From contig CAWJYV010000007.1 of the NCBI GenBank assembly GCA_963847185.1, positions 32,001 through 96,000 on the forward strand: a stretch of 64,000 nucleotides of DNA, given 5' to 3'. Made by a program: the position numbers and the translations under genes. The stretch comes from an uncultured Methanosarcinaceae archaeon (GTDB taxonomy: Archaea > Halobacteriota > Methanosarcinia > Methanosarcinales > Methanosarcinaceae). This document shows positions 1 to 12,003 of this stretch, one piece after another. Below the pieces are notes generated by a model. It ran no database searches, was not told the origin of the DNA, and was given only the letters and a program-made list of their open reading frames with translations. Each line of letters starts with the position of its first letter. The stretch's first letter is position 1.

Positions 1-345
1 CTTTTAATTAATTCCACGAATACCCTATGATCTAAGCTGAAAAGTTTAACCGGAGAAAGACTAAACGCAAAAAATATCTTACTTTAATTTTTCGGCATTT
101 TTGAAGAGGAGAACAACTTCTAGCTGGTAGGCTAAGAAACAGCTTTTGTATTCAGTGCATTAAATATTATTAGAATGTAACAGATACCAAATACAAGCTT
201 CCTTAAAAGGATCTGAATTTTATCAAAAAAAGAGAATATGATCTCAAAAAATTTAATATCTACAGCTAAAAATTGTGAAGTCTCATCCGATTCAAAAACT
301 ATAATTATTGATACTTATATATTGTAAAAATGAAGGAGGTATTTC

Positions 346-1191
346 ATGAAAGTGGCGGACATCATGAGTTCACCTGTGTATGTCATGAACACAGATGAGC
401 CCGTGTCACATGCAAGAAATCTGATGTTAAGGCACAAAATCAGTACGTTGCTTGTCCTCAACGAGGGCAAGATGGTGGGAATCGTCACTAAATCAGATAT
501 CAGCAACCGTCTGGCTCAGGCCGAACCTCTCTGGAGGAGACGCCCAATAGACCAGATTCCTATAAAGTTGCTGATGACAGAATCAATAATATCTATCTAT
601 CCCGAAGCTTCTGTTTCCCAAGCAGTTGCCTTAATGCTTGAGAACAGAGTGCATAATATTCCGGTGGTAAAGAATGGAATTGTGGGCATTGTCACCATAA
701 CAGATATCGTGCGCCATATTGCGGAAAATACCGAAGAAATTAAAACAAAAATCCCCAGATTAATGACTGAGGATATTGTTTCTGTTCACAGGCATCACAC
801 TATCAATCATGTTGTAGATGAGATGAACAGAAATGAGATTGAGAGGGTGATCGTTAAAGACGATGCTGGAAAGCCTGTCGGGATAATTTCCAGGAAAAGT
901 CTTGCCTTAAATCTCTTAACTGACATTCAAGGCGACCTTTCTACAAAAAATATCAAGATGGCCCGTAGATCTTCCCCTGCAGGCCAAAAAACCTACAGAT
1001 ACGTAAAAGAGGTGCCTGTAACAGCAGAAGACATAATGGTTTCACCGATAGTTTCCATTGATGTAAATGAATACGTCAGTACAGCTGCAAAAAAAATGAT
1101 TGAGGAAGGAGTAACTGCCCTGCCTGTCAGTGATGGAGAGGATATAGTAGGCATACTAAGCAGAACCGACATCATGAAAGCTATCCTCTGA
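346..1191 (+). CDS. CBS domain-containing protein (two CBS pairs)
   Basis: Repeated CBS motifs ([45 protein letters not shown]); GGAGGT RBS at 335-340. Confidence 0.9.
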   Translation: MKVADIMSSPVYVMNTDEPVSHARNLMLRHKISTLLVLNEGKMVGIVTKSDISNRLAQAEPLWRRRPIDQIPIKLLMTESIISIYPEASVSQAVALMLENRVHNIPVVKNGIVGIVTITDIVRHIAENTEEIKTKIPRLMTEDIVSVHRHHTINHVVDEMNRNEIERVIVKDDAGKPVGIISRKSLALNLLTDIQGDLSTKNIKMARRSSPAGQKTYRYVKEVPVTAEDIMVSPIVSIDVNEYVSTAAKKMIEEGVTALPVSDGEDIVGILSRTDIMKAIL

Positions 1192-1294
1192 AACATCAGT
1201 ATGGAGGTATATACGGCAAAAGAGAAATAGCGATCAGTAAAGATAGCTGGAATCAAAGACGGATGCAAAGTAAACTGGAAAAACAGATGAATAG

Positions 1295-2137
<843 letters not shown>

Positions 2138-2209
2138 GTTAAACTCTTAAAGAAAAAGAATCAGAGAACTGAATAATCAAAACATTGAACAAGAGACGAG
2201 TTAAAAATT

Positions 2210-2236
2210 ACCTGTCCTCTAGAAGGACAGGTTTTT
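2210..2236. terminator. Stem-loop between convergent genes, likely terminator
   Basis: ACCTGTCCT-ctaga-AGGACAGGT perfect 9-bp stem followed by a T run. Confidence 0.6.
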
Positions 2237-2342
2237 CTTATTTTCTGAGAATCCAAGCTTTTGAACTTTTTAAGTTCTCAGCATTGATCTATTTAGGAGT
2301 TATCTGCTTCTGTATTGTATTTTTTGTTAGTTGGTCTCTTTC

Positions 2343-3131
2343 TTAGAATGATTTGTCTCCTCCAATCAGACCTCCAAGGACGCCGCTTCCTCCAATACCG
2401 TTGCGTTCATCCCGGCGGCTGTAGGTGGCAGCTGCAAAGATCCTATCAGCAAGGCGAGAGAAAGGCAGGCTCTGCATATAAACAGTACCCGGACCTGTGA
2501 GGGTTGCGAGGACAACTCCTTCCCCACCGAAGAGAGCGTTCTTGAAGTCCTTCGACCAGGTTATATCATAGGTTACTGATTCAGTAAAAGCTGCCACGCA
2601 ACCAGTGTCTATATGGTAAGTCTCACCTGGAGCCAGATCTTTTTTTATCACTGTACCTCCGATATGAACGAATGCCATGCCGTCGCCTTTCAATCTCTGA
2701 AGGATAAAACCTTCACCTCCGAAAAGCCCTGCTCCGAGCTTTTTGGTAAAAGCTACTTCCACTTCTACTCCTCGGGCAGCACAGAGAAAAGCATCTTTCT
2801 GGCAGAGGATACTACCTCCAAATTTACTAAGGTCAAGGGGAAGAATTTTTCCAGGGTAAGGTGCCGCAAAAGCCACATGTCCTTTTCCTGAACCTTTATG
2901 AATAAAACTTGTAATAAAGAAACTCTCCCCAGTCAGGGCTCTTTTCAATCCTTTTTTCAGACCTCCAAGAAGCCCGCCACCTTCACTACCCATGCTTGTC
3001 TGCATCTGGATTCCGGGCCCCATATAAGCCATAGCCCCAGCTTCTGCCTGAACGGCCTCACCTGGATCAAGCTCAACTTCGACGATTTGCATATCGTCTC
3101 CAATAATCTCGTAGTCAATTTCATCTGCCAT
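2343..3131 (-). CDS. TIGR00266 / AIM24 family protein
   Basis: IIGDDMQIVEVELDPGEAVQAEAGAM N-terminus, GLFGGEGFILQRL and LTGPGTVYMQSLPFSRLA motifs. Confidence 0.88.
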   Translation of the reverse strand: MADEIDYEIIGDDMQIVEVELDPGEAVQAEAGAMAYMGPGIQMQTSMGSEGGGLLGGLKKGLKRALTGESFFITSFIHKGSGKGHVAFAAPYPGKILPLDLSKFGGSILCQKDAFLCAARGVEVEVAFTKKLGAGLFGGEGFILQRLKGDGMAFVHIGGTVIKKDLAPGETYHIDTGCVAAFTESVTYDITWSKDFKNALFGGEGVVLATLTGPGTVYMQSLPFSRLADRIFAAATYSRRDERNGIGGSGVLGGLIGGDKSF

Positions 3132-3326
3132 CGTGAAATCTCCAACATTTTTGGAAATCTAGATCAATTAAAGATTAGAAGCTGAATACTTAAAAAGATT
3201 TTTAATGAATTATACCGTTTCTTAACTCCTTCCTGGTTTCTTAAATACATTTCCTAAAAAACTGATAATTCTGAATCCGGCCTTGGAATGATAACATATT
3301 TTATGTCCAGAAACAGATAAATAAAT

Positions 3327-4499
3327 ATGAGTAAAGAGGGGAAAGAGGAAACAGATTCTGAATCTGTAACTAAACTTGCCGATTATCTTGGCTTTGATAG
3401 GCAAAGAATTCAGCACCTTTTTGAGAAAAATTACCTTGCCCGCAACTGGGGAAAGTTCGAGCATATAATCCGTTTTGACAAGGAAATTTCCCATATCGAA
3501 CATGGGACTGTGCTTTACGAGAAAGGCAATTCTTTTGAACTAATTATGGGCTTCCCAAAGATTCGGAGAGCAGTGGTACTGTATCCAACCCTTAAAAAGC
3601 ACTTCGACGGCCTCAGTAAACTGGTAGTAGAAGAAAAAATGAACGGATATAATGTTAGGGTAGCAGACATTAATGGAAAAATCCTTGCAATTACCCGGAG
3701 TGGGTATATCTGTCCCTATACAACCGAAAGGGCGAATGTGAAACTGAATCTCAAGTTTTTTGAGGACTTCCCTGAACTTGTACTCTATGGGGAAATGGTA
3801 GGCCCTGACAATCCGTATGTTCCTAAATCAATCTATGATATTGATTCCGTAGAGTTTTATATCTTCGATGTCCGTGAAAAGAATACAGGAAAACCTCTTT
3901 CAACGGCCCGAAGAAGGGAAATAATGGAAAAATACGGTTTTTTGCAGGTGAAGTCCTTCGGAGAAATTCCCCTGGAAATAACCCCTGAAAAAATTGCAGA
4001 TATCATCCGGAAACTGGGGAAAATCGAGCATGAAGGCGTGGTTATCAAAGACCCCGAAATGAATCTAACCCCTCTAAAATATACCTCATCTCAGAGCAAC
4101 TGCTCGGATCTTAGGCACGCTTTCAAGTTCTATAATGAAGCCGGGAGAGACTATATGCTCTCACGAATCGTCAGGGAAGGTTTCCAGACAGTTGAATGGA
4201 ACGAGGATGAGACTGAGTTCAAAAAACGTTGTATGCAATTAGGGGAAAGCATCCTGAACCCTCTAAGGGAGTCTGTCAGGAGTGTAAAGAACGGCCAGAG
4301 ACTTTATGAAAAGGTTCGGATTCGGGTAAGAGATCTAAAAACTGCCTCAGATTTCGAGGACTACTTGAAAAGGCTTGGGATAGATGCAGTTTTTGAAGAG
4401 CCGCAACCTGCAGGAAACGAGTACACGGTCAACATTAAAAAAATAAATAAAAGCACCCATGATAAAACCCAGGCACTCTTGGAAGGAGAACTCTGGTAA
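3327..4499 (+). CDS. ATP-dependent RNA ligase, Rnl3 / Pab1020 family
   Basis: Nucleotidyltransferase motif I EEKMNGYNVRV, GFPKIRRA, LYGEMVGPDNPY, EGVVIKD, KY. Confidence 0.88.
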   Translation: MSKEGKEETDSESVTKLADYLGFDRQRIQHLFEKNYLARNWGKFEHIIRFDKEISHIEHGTVLYEKGNSFELIMGFPKIRRAVVLYPTLKKHFDGLSKLVVEEKMNGYNVRVADINGKILAITRSGYICPYTTERANVKLNLKFFEDFPELVLYGEMVGPDNPYVPKSIYDIDSVEFYIFDVREKNTGKPLSTARRREIMEKYGFLQVKSFGEIPLEITPEKIADIIRKLGKIEHEGVVIKDPEMNLTPLKYTSSQSNCSDLRHAFKFYNEAGRDYMLSRIVREGFQTVEWNEDETEFKKRCMQLGESILNPLRESVRSVKNGQRLYEKVRIRVRDLKTASDFEDYLKRLGIDAVFEEPQPAGNEYTVNIKKINKSTHDKTQALLEGELW

Positions 4500-4756
4500 C
4501 GGTTTTTGTACTCATATGAGCTAGTTTAATCTTTTTTTGTGAGTTTCCATGAGATGATATCTATGAGGATAGTATCTTTTAACGGGAACTTTAGTGCTTT
4601 AGTCTGTTATTGAAAACATTGCAAAAAGAAATATATTGCAGTATATTAAATACCAGTGGCGTATTGCGGTATATTGATATCACTAGCATATTGCTTACAT
4701 TAATAACAATCGCATAGAAGTAGCTACCCGATACTGATCCAGAAAAGGGATTCATC

Positions 4757-5809
4757 ATGACAAACGTTGCAATCATAGGGACTGAAAAAAGCGGAAGGAC
4801 TTCTCTTGCCGCAAACCTCGGAAAGAAAGGGACTTCTTCCGATATAGCCATGTACAATAATGACAAGGAAAGCAGGAAAATGGTTTTTGTGGATGCCCAC
4901 AGCTATCCAAAAACCTTAAAATCTCTGGTTACGGCGTTGAATATTACTGACATGGTAATTCTCTGCATCCCTCCGCAGGGTCTGGATACCCATACCGGAG
5001 AATGCATTATTGCCCTTGACCTGCTCGGCTTCAAGCATGGAATTATTGCCCTGACACGATCAGACAGCATTCATATGCATGCAATAGATGAATTAAAGAC
5101 AAAAATCAAAGCAATTACTACAGGCACTGTGCTTCAGGATTGGGAATGCATTTCCATTAACACTAACAAGAGCGCAAAGAATCCCTTTGAGGGAGTGGAA
5201 GAGCTCAAAGCAAGAATCAACGAAATATCGGAAAAAATAGAAGCTGAACAGGCTGAACTCAACAACCTGCCTGCAAGGATTTTCATAGACCATGCCTTCA
5301 ATGTTACAGGAAAAGGCTGCGTAGTGCTCGGGATTGTCAAGCAGGGGATTTCAAAGGATAAGGATAAAACTAAAATTTTCCCTCTTGACAGGGATATCGA
5401 AATCCGTTCAATCCAGAGCCACGATGTAGATATTACAGAAGCCCCGACCGGTACAAGAGTTGGAATGCGCCTGAAAAACGTCCAGGCCAAGGATATAGAG
5501 CGGGGCTTTATCATATCAGATAAAGAAATCGTAACTACAGATTACACTCTGGAGTGTACCTTCTCAAAGTTCACGAAAAAGGTTGAGATTGGAAATGTGC
5601 TCCATCTTTTCGTGGGTCTGCAGTCCGAACCCACTCGCGTGGAAAAGATTCTCATTGACGGCCAGGAAGTAAAGGAAGTGAAACCTGGAAGTATATGTGT
5701 ACTGGAACTTTCAGGCAACAAAAAAGTCGCCTACAGCAAAGAGGATCGCTTCCTGCTGGCAAATCTGGACCTTACACAACGCTTTGCAGGTTATGGTTTT
5801 GCAAAATAA
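4757..5809 (+). CDS. SelB/EF-Tu-like translation factor (truncated SelB-like protein)
   Basis: Degenerate P-loop GTEKSGRTS; domain II signature IDHAFNVTGKGCVVLG and IRSIQSHD...GTRVGMRLKNV; 350 aa with no SelB C-terminal extension. Confidence 0.85.
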   Translation: MTNVAIIGTEKSGRTSLAANLGKKGTSSDIAMYNNDKESRKMVFVDAHSYPKTLKSLVTALNITDMVILCIPPQGLDTHTGECIIALDLLGFKHGIIALTRSDSIHMHAIDELKTKIKAITTGTVLQDWECISINTNKSAKNPFEGVEELKARINEISEKIEAEQAELNNLPARIFIDHAFNVTGKGCVVLGIVKQGISKDKDKTKIFPLDRDIEIRSIQSHDVDITEAPTGTRVGMRLKNVQAKDIERGFIISDKEIVTTDYTLECTFSKFTKKVEIGNVLHLFVGLQSEPTRVEKILIDGQEVKEVKPGSICVLELSGNKKVAYSKEDRFLLANLDLTQRFAGYGFAK

Positions 5810-5914
5810 TGTAAGAAAGAAAAATTATCCAAAAAAGAAGTAATCATCCGGGAAAATTATCAGAAACAGTTACCAGTGAAGGAATTAGTCAAAATGTGTC
5901 AGCAGGAAAAAAAC

Positions 5915-6397
5915 ATGACCCGAGAACATGACAAAACTCTCTATGGCAGCGTCTTTCATAGAAATATCTGCTGGCAACGCTCATATGAAAGAGCAGAAGG
6001 TGAAGAAATGGTAATGGCTCTCTATGGCAGTCTCAGAAATGGACTCTATAATAGCCGACGTTTCGACCTTCCTAATAAGTCGGAATTTCTGGGAGCAACA
6101 AAAATTACTGGATATGCTCTTTACTCTCTGGGCCCATATCCTGCTGTCTACCCGGCTGATAACAGTTCTGTAATTGCAGAGGTGCGCAGGTTTTCAGGAA
6201 AGCAGCAGCTTGAGATAGCGAAATCAATTGATTATATGGAACTTTTCGGAGGGTATCACAGGGAGTATGTTGACCTTGAAATAGGAAAACAGAAGATCAG
6301 AGGCTTCATCTACGTTTATGATGAAAAGCCGGAGACTGAGATAATTGAACATGGTGATTGGGTGCATTACCTGAGGGAAAAAGATGAGGAACTTTGA
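5915..6397 (+). CDS. Gamma-glutamylcyclotransferase (AIG2-like) family protein
   Basis: LYGSLRNG, LYSLGPYPAV, IDYME..YHR, IYVY, IEHGDW motifs; start uncertain (5876 GTG, 5915 ATG or later). Confidence 0.8.
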   Translation: MTREHDKTLYGSVFHRNICWQRSYERAEGEEMVMALYGSLRNGLYNSRRFDLPNKSEFLGATKITGYALYSLGPYPAVYPADNSSVIAEVRRFSGKQQLEIAKSIDYMELFGGYHREYVDLEIGKQKIRGFIYVYDEKPETEIIEHGDWVHYLREKDEEL

Positions 6398-6409
6398 GAC
6401 TGCCTCTTT

Positions 6410-7183
6410 TTACAATTTCTTTAAAAATTCAAGACACTGAATACCCTCTTCAATTGAACTCATTTCAGTAACAAAGATTCCTTTATAATCCGAAAGCTTT
6501 TCCATAACTTGCTTCCAGTTTATCGTACCTTTTCCCAGAGGAAGATGTTCATCTTTTTTGCCCATGTTATCATGGATATGCACATGGGAAATTCGATCTC
6601 CTAGCTGGTTCAGAAACTCATCGACAAGACCTACGGTATTGGCGTGTCCTACATCGAAGGTGAAACCCACGTTGTGACTCCCAATTGAATCAAGCATTTC
6701 TTGCATTTCATCGGGGTATTTACCAAAAATTTTAGGAATGTCTGGCATATTCTCGACAGCTACAAGAATTCCAAAGTCCGCTGCAAAGTCACAAATTTCC
6801 CGAAGAGACGAAAGGTTAGTAAGGTAGGCTTCTTGCGGAACCTGCACACCATAAGGGGAAAGATAGCCAGGATGTATTACGGCAAGGTTGACGTAATTGG
6901 AAGCAAGAGTAAGGTAGTGCTTCATCTGCCTGATTACTTCTCCCCGAATTGAATCATTGAGACCTGCAAGATTCATGTCTGAAAAAGGCAAGTGCAGAGT
7001 AAGTTCAAGACCAGTTGTCTCATCAATATTTTTCAGATTCTGGATGTTCTTGCTGTTAAGGCACTGAGAACCTTCCTGTACGATTTCCCAACCGGTATAC
7101 CCATAGTCTTCAAGTGTGTAAGCCCACTTGAAAGGATTTTCAACGGCTGCGCGTGATGAAAAGCTGATTCTGTGCAAATGCAT
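6410..7183 (-). CDS. Sugar phosphate isomerase/epimerase (AP endonuclease 2-type TIM barrel)
   Basis: LHLPF, IHPG, AVENMP, FDVGHAN, HVHIHDN..DEHLPLGKGTINW metal motifs. Confidence 0.85.
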   Translation of the reverse strand: MHLHRISFSSRAAVENPFKWAYTLEDYGYTGWEIVQEGSQCLNSKNIQNLKNIDETTGLELTLHLPFSDMNLAGLNDSIRGEVIRQMKHYLTLASNYVNLAVIHPGYLSPYGVQVPQEAYLTNLSSLREICDFAADFGILVAVENMPDIPKIFGKYPDEMQEMLDSIGSHNVGFTFDVGHANTVGLVDEFLNQLGDRISHVHIHDNMGKKDEHLPLGKGTINWKQVMEKLSDYKGIFVTEMSSIEEGIQCLEFLKKL

Positions 7184-7267
7184 GACTACAAATCATTCCT
7201 TTTCATTTATTGATATAAATTTTAGGTAGGAATTAAGATATAAATAACTGAACTTAGTTACTTAGGT

Positions 7268-7363
7268 TCAGTTAATTAAGCTCGGTTAATAGGCTGCTTA
7301 GTTATTAAACTCGGTTAATAGGCTTAGTTATTAAACTCGGCTAGTGGCTCAGTTATTAAACTC
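7268..7363. repeat. Degenerate ~26-bp tandem repeat (about 4 copies)
   Basis: CTTAGTTATTAAACTCGGTTAATAGG-like units. Confidence 0.7.
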
Positions 7364-7389
7364 ACTTGATAAAATACTTTTACAACACT

Positions 7390-7872
7390 TCAGCTTCTTT
7401 CCACGTAGTCCATTTCTACTTCAATAACAGGTTTTCCTTCTTCAGTAAGAGGCAAAAGCCATTCAAAAAGTCTTTCCATCTCTTCTGGGGAATCAGCCCT
7501 GATAAGAACTTCAATGGATCCGAGAGCTTCTTCCTGAGCAGGAATGCTGGCTATGCCGGCAAAGGCAGCCTGTTTGTTTAGTAAAAATCGAACAGAAAGT
7601 CCGTCGCTGGATAAGCCTTTATTGAAAACCTTGTTGCGGACACTATCTATTATCTCTTCTCTGCGAATGAGCCCATGAAGAGTTTGGAGAAGATCAAGAC
7701 CTCCCTCTCCTGAAAGGAAAAAAGATGGAGGAATTCCTTTACCAGATTCTGTTGTCTCAATAGCCTCCTCTTTTTCGATTGACGTGTCAGTAAAAAGGGT
7801 TGAAATAGCTCTTATAACTTTTTCTGGGTCTTCAGTGGGATATACGGCTGCTGAAACCTTAACATGTATCAT
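7390..7872 (-). CDS. UPF0201 / DUF54 RNA-binding-domain protein
   Basis: VSAAVYPTEDPEKVIRAISTLF and LNKQAAFAG motifs; start moved to ATG 7872. Confidence 0.82.
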   Translation of the reverse strand: MIHVKVSAAVYPTEDPEKVIRAISTLFTDTSIEKEEAIETTESGKGIPPSFFLSGEGGLDLLQTLHGLIRREEIIDSVRNKVFNKGLSSDGLSVRFLLNKQAAFAGIASIPAQEEALGSIEVLIRADSPEEMERLFEWLLPLTEEGKPVIEVEMDYVERS

Positions 7873-7897
7873 AAATTTACTCCATTTATTTTTAAAT

Positions 7898-8458
7898 CTA
7901 CTGTATCGGGCCTGCACTGGAATAATTATTCAAAACCTCGGCAACATCCTTCTTGAAAGTTTCTAGAGTGAAATTGTTCTCAATTTCAACATTGGAAGCT
8001 TCTATGGCTTCTCCCATGCCCCAGCCAAGTTCCCTCTCATCCCGATTGCGAAGTCCTTCTATACTGTTCATATCGTCGCTTCTGCCTCTTTTCTGGACTC
8101 TGGAAAAACGAATCTCAATAGGAGCGTAAATGGAAATCAGGACAAAACCTTTTCCGAATTCTCGCCTAAAACACTCTACTTCGGCAATTCCACGCACACC
8201 ATCCACAACCACAAGTTCAGAACCCGTTTCCCTAATCTGAGCAATACAGCGTCTGGAAACTGCGTCCATACCTTCACATTTACGGAGGTCCGTTGCAACC
8301 ATTCCTGTGTTGGAATCGTTGGGTTCAAGCCCGCGTTTTAATACTTCTTTTCGAATTACGTCGCCCATGTTAACAACAGGAATGCCCATCTCAGCGGCAA
8401 TTCTGGCAGCCTCTGATTTTCCAGAAGCCGGCATGCCTACGAATGCTATTATTTTCAT
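7898..8458 (-). CDS. UPF0200 nucleotide-kinase-like P-loop protein (dephospho-CoA kinase-like)
   Basis: GMPASGKS Walker A, MGDVIR, VVDGVR, RGRSDD, RDERELGWG. Confidence 0.82.
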   Translation of the reverse strand: MKIIAFVGMPASGKSEAARIAAEMGIPVVNMGDVIRKEVLKRGLEPNDSNTGMVATDLRKCEGMDAVSRRCIAQIRETGSELVVVDGVRGIAEVECFRREFGKGFVLISIYAPIEIRFSRVQKRGRSDDMNSIEGLRNRDERELGWGMGEAIEASNVEIENNFTLETFKKDVAEVLNNYSSAGPIQ

Positions 8459-8650
8459 CAGAAATTACCTTTTAAACTTAAAATCATTAGACTTGAGTTA
8501 TAAACGCGAGTTAAATTTAGGTCAACAAACTTAAGTCGCCTTTAGCTCAAAGCTGAGTAAATAATACTCAATAGAACTCGAATAAGCTATAGACCTTAAT
8601 AAGTGAATAATAGATCGTACTTTACTTGAATATAACCTGACAAATGAAAA

Positions 8651-8708
8651 TAATCAATCGTATTAACTAATCAATCGTATTAACTAATCAATCGTATTAA
8701 CTAATCAA
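8651..8708. repeat. 17-bp tandem repeat x3 plus partial
   Basis: TAATCAATCGTATTAAC repeated directly. Confidence 0.85.
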
Positions 8709-8762
8709 CTGTATGTTAACTTATGAATATGATGATCCTAGTCAAACCACAGGATCATATAT

Positions 8763-8804
8763 ATTATTTCCTGAAAATTATTTCCTGAAAATTATTTCCT
8801 GAAA
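8763..8804. repeat. 14-bp tandem repeat x3
   Basis: ATTATTTCCTGAAA repeated directly. Confidence 0.85.
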
Positions 8805-8979
8805 AGCTAAGTATCTAAAGAAATGATAAAGTTATCCTGAATAAGAAAAGGGAGAAGAGCAAAGTAAGGAAAGGAGAAGAAAGGAAAAAAGGAAGGAGAA
8901 AGAGGAAAGAAAAGAAAAAGGAAAAAAGGATAGAAAAGAAAGTAGAGAAAACAGTGATAGAGTTCAAGGGCTCTCGATT

Positions 8980-10224
8980 TTATGAAAACATTTTATTGAA
9001 AACTGAGGCCTTAAAGTCCACCAGGGGCTTAAGCCTATAATCCTCAAGAAGTACCTTCCGAGTATTTTCTACTGGAACGCTAAGAGAAATTTCTTTTGTC
9101 CGGCCGTAACGGCCTTTACTTACGACTACTGCATTGACTATGCCCAGCATGTCAAGTTCGGACATCAGATCAGTAACTCTGCGCTGAGTAAGGATGTCCA
9201 CATCAATGTGGTGACAGAGTTGGCGGTAGACATTGTACATCTCACCGGTCGTAACATTTTTACCTTCTCTACCCCGACTTCGCAGTAATATAATACTATA
9301 GAGCACTAGCTTGGACTGTGTAGGAAGGGTCCTTACTACCTCAACTACGCGGTCAATTTCGATCTTTTCCTGAGCACGCCTGACATGTTCTTCAAGAACT
9401 TGAGGCTGGTTTTCTCTTTCTGCAATTTCTCCTGATACACGCAGGAGGTCAAGGGCGCGACGAGCATCGCCGTGTTCCTGGGCTGCAAAAGCAGCACATA
9501 AGGGGATTACCATTTCACCCAGTACGCCGTCATTGTAAGCCATTTTTGCCCTTTGCTTCAGGATATCGCTGATTTGTTCAGCGTCATAGGGTGGAAAAAT
9601 TAATTCTTCTTCACCAAGAGAACTCTTGACTCTTGGATCCAGAAACTCAGTAAATTTCAGATCATTTGAAACTCCAATCATGCTGACTTTAGCTTTCCGC
9701 AGATCCGTATTAATTCTTGAGAGATTGTAGAGAACATCATCGCCTTTTTTGATCAGCTTGTCGATCTCGTCCAAAATTATGATAATAACCTGCTCTCTGG
9801 AATCAATTGCTTCTTTAAATTTCATGAAGACCTGATCAGTAGGCCATCCTGTCATAGGAACTTCTTCTTCAAAGTGTCTGGCAAGGTTTGCAAGGAGTCT
9901 GTATTGTGTATCTATAACTTCGCAATTGATATACACAACAGAGCAAAAAAGTGACTTATCTTCACTTACCCTCTCAAGTTCCTTTCCTACATACCGGGTC
10001 ACCGCAGTTTTTCCTGTTCCAGTTTTACCATATATCAATACATTGGAAGGGGTCTCTCCTCTGAGTGCTGAAACTAGGATTGTTGCAAGGCTATTGATTT
10101 GCTCATTCCGGTGTAGCAAAAGGTCAGGTGTGTATGAAGGCCGAAGAACCTCTTTGTTTTTAAAAATTGATTGTCCGTCAAGTAATTTTTCGAATAAGCC
10201 GTCTAATGATTGAGCTTTTATCAT
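8980..10224 (-). CDS. cdc6: Orc1/Cdc6 replication initiator
   Basis: YGKTGTGKT Walker A, ILDEID Walker B, GDARRALDLLR, winged-helix SKGRYGRTKEI; start moved to ATG 10224. Confidence 0.96.
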   Translation of the reverse strand: MIKAQSLDGLFEKLLDGQSIFKNKEVLRPSYTPDLLLHRNEQINSLATILVSALRGETPSNVLIYGKTGTGKTAVTRYVGKELERVSEDKSLFCSVVYINCEVIDTQYRLLANLARHFEEEVPMTGWPTDQVFMKFKEAIDSREQVIIIILDEIDKLIKKGDDVLYNLSRINTDLRKAKVSMIGVSNDLKFTEFLDPRVKSSLGEEELIFPPYDAEQISDILKQRAKMAYNDGVLGEMVIPLCAAFAAQEHGDARRALDLLRVSGEIAERENQPQVLEEHVRRAQEKIEIDRVVEVVRTLPTQSKLVLYSIILLRSRGREGKNVTTGEMYNVYRQLCHHIDVDILTQRRVTDLMSELDMLGIVNAVVVSKGRYGRTKEISLSVPVENTRKVLLEDYRLKPLVDFKASVFNKMFS

Positions 10225-11110
10225 GAATGACCCTCTATAAAAATTAATGATATCAAGAACGTCACAAGTTAAGACGGTTGATATGAATTCTAGAGATTTA
10301 AAATTAATATAGATGAATAATATATCCAATTAATTACCACAGTTAATAAAACATATAACTAATTTTTTCCTGGACTTCATTTCCAATTATCATAATAAGT
10401 CTTAAAATTGAAAATCTAGTTTAAAGAGTGTATTTTTTAGGGATTATATAATTTATTTTTCCAAATTTTCAGCCGCAGGAATAACCCACAGTCTTACCCG
10501 AACATTTTGTATTCTAAAAATCAGGTCTCAGAGAGTCTGATTGCTTTAAGAATTTAAGCTTTTTATGAATTAACTTATTTCATAATTTTGGGGGAAATTC
10601 TAATATTTTGGCGCCAACTGCCAGTTAATTGGATTCAAGACTTTTGAAGACATTTTTCAGCTTTTTTCAGAGTTTTTCTGAACAAATAATTTTAGTTTTA
10701 TACAGTCATAATTACTGGATAAACTTCATCTTGATATAGTAATGGTTATTGAGCGAAATAATATTATAACTCCAATAATTTTATAATAATTAATAGATTC
10801 TTTAGACAATTATTTGCTGGATATTTGCACTAAAGGTAAATCCGGTCATGAAGAGAAAGTGGATAAATGATACATGTTTCTTAAAGTTAATGGATGAAAG
10901 TTGATACATGAAAATATCTTTCTGTATAACCTTCCGATAAAGTAATGTATAAGTTACCCAGGATGGAGTAATATTCAGGCCGTGATGAAACCTACATTCT
11001 GGGTCGTCTTTATCTAAAATATTATTATGATTTAATATATAAACCTGTAATTTGAGACTATATTTGCAGTAGATGCAATGGAAGTACACGGTATTAATAG
11101 TTATGGTAAA

Positions 11111-11133
11111 GACCCGTTTGTTTCCAGTGGAAA
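11111..11133 (-). promoter_or_regulatory. Origin recognition box (ORB)
   Basis: Minus strand reads TTTCCACTGGAAACAAACGGGTC, matching the archaeal ORB consensus TTCCAnTGGAAAC..GGGG. Confidence 0.8.
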
Positions 11134-11235
11134 GGTATTTAATCTAAAGTACCCACCGAAAAAACAAACCCAGCAGACATGCCCATACGGAAAGAAAAAA
11201 TTCCAAATTCCAGAACCGATAGAGGTACAATAAAA

Positions 11236-11256
11236 ACCCTCCTTTTCGGATGGAAA
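11236..11256 (-). promoter_or_regulatory. Degenerate ORB / mini-ORB
   Basis: Minus strand reads TTTCCATCCGAAAAGGAGGGT (TTCCA-N3-GAAA followed by a G-string). Confidence 0.5.
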
Positions 11257-11778
11257 AGAATCTGATTATTTTTTGCTTTATTACTAAAAATCAATGAATA
11301 AAAAATTTGATATAATTTAGATAACATCAAAATATTTTGTTGATTTATTTTGAACTCTGAACTCTATTTTTAGAAATTTTGACATTTTTGATATATATCC
11401 TGAATTTTGTTCATTTGGATTCGGTTGATTTTTATGCACAACTTCGAATATTGCATACAGATTTTCCAATATAATTCCTTTATATATTGCATAAAAATGG
11501 CACTTATGACTTTTTGTTCCTTAACCGAATCCAAATGGACTTCTACTTTAAAGTTTTGACTTATTTCTTTTATGATAGGACTTACGCGATTGAACTGAAT
11601 AATCAACAGCCTCAAACCTTCAACTGTTTAAAGCATCGATTTATTAATGATGTCTATTGATCTTGATTTTGAACTTCAAGTACGTAAGTCCTATTCTGAT
11701 TATGTTAGAGTTCTAATGACTAATTTTTGAATATCTAATCCCCAGATTTTTTTAAATTGTAGACAGAGTTAAAGAACT

Positions 11779-11886
11779 GAAAATGAAACTTAAGAGGAAA
11801 ATGAAACTTAAGAGGAAAATGAAACTTAAGAGGAAAATGAAACTTAAGAGGAAAATGAAACTTAAGAGAAAAATGAAACTTAAGAG
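11779..11886. repeat. 18-bp tandem repeat x6 inside the origin region
   Basis: GAAAATGAAACTTAAGAG x5 plus one copy with a G>A change. Confidence 0.92.
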
Positions 11887-12003
11887 AAAAATAGGAAATG
11901 GAAGAGATTGAAATATTGGAAGAAAGTTGAAAAAAGGAAATAAAATTGTAATATTAAAAAAAGTGAGAAAATGAGAGTAATAAAGACGAAGCTTCACCAT
12001 GAA

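Noticed and set aside
4757-5809. Selenocysteine incorporation system
   Set aside because: The factor lacks the SelB C-terminal domain; no selD, tRNA-Sec or in-frame TGA selenoprotein was seen
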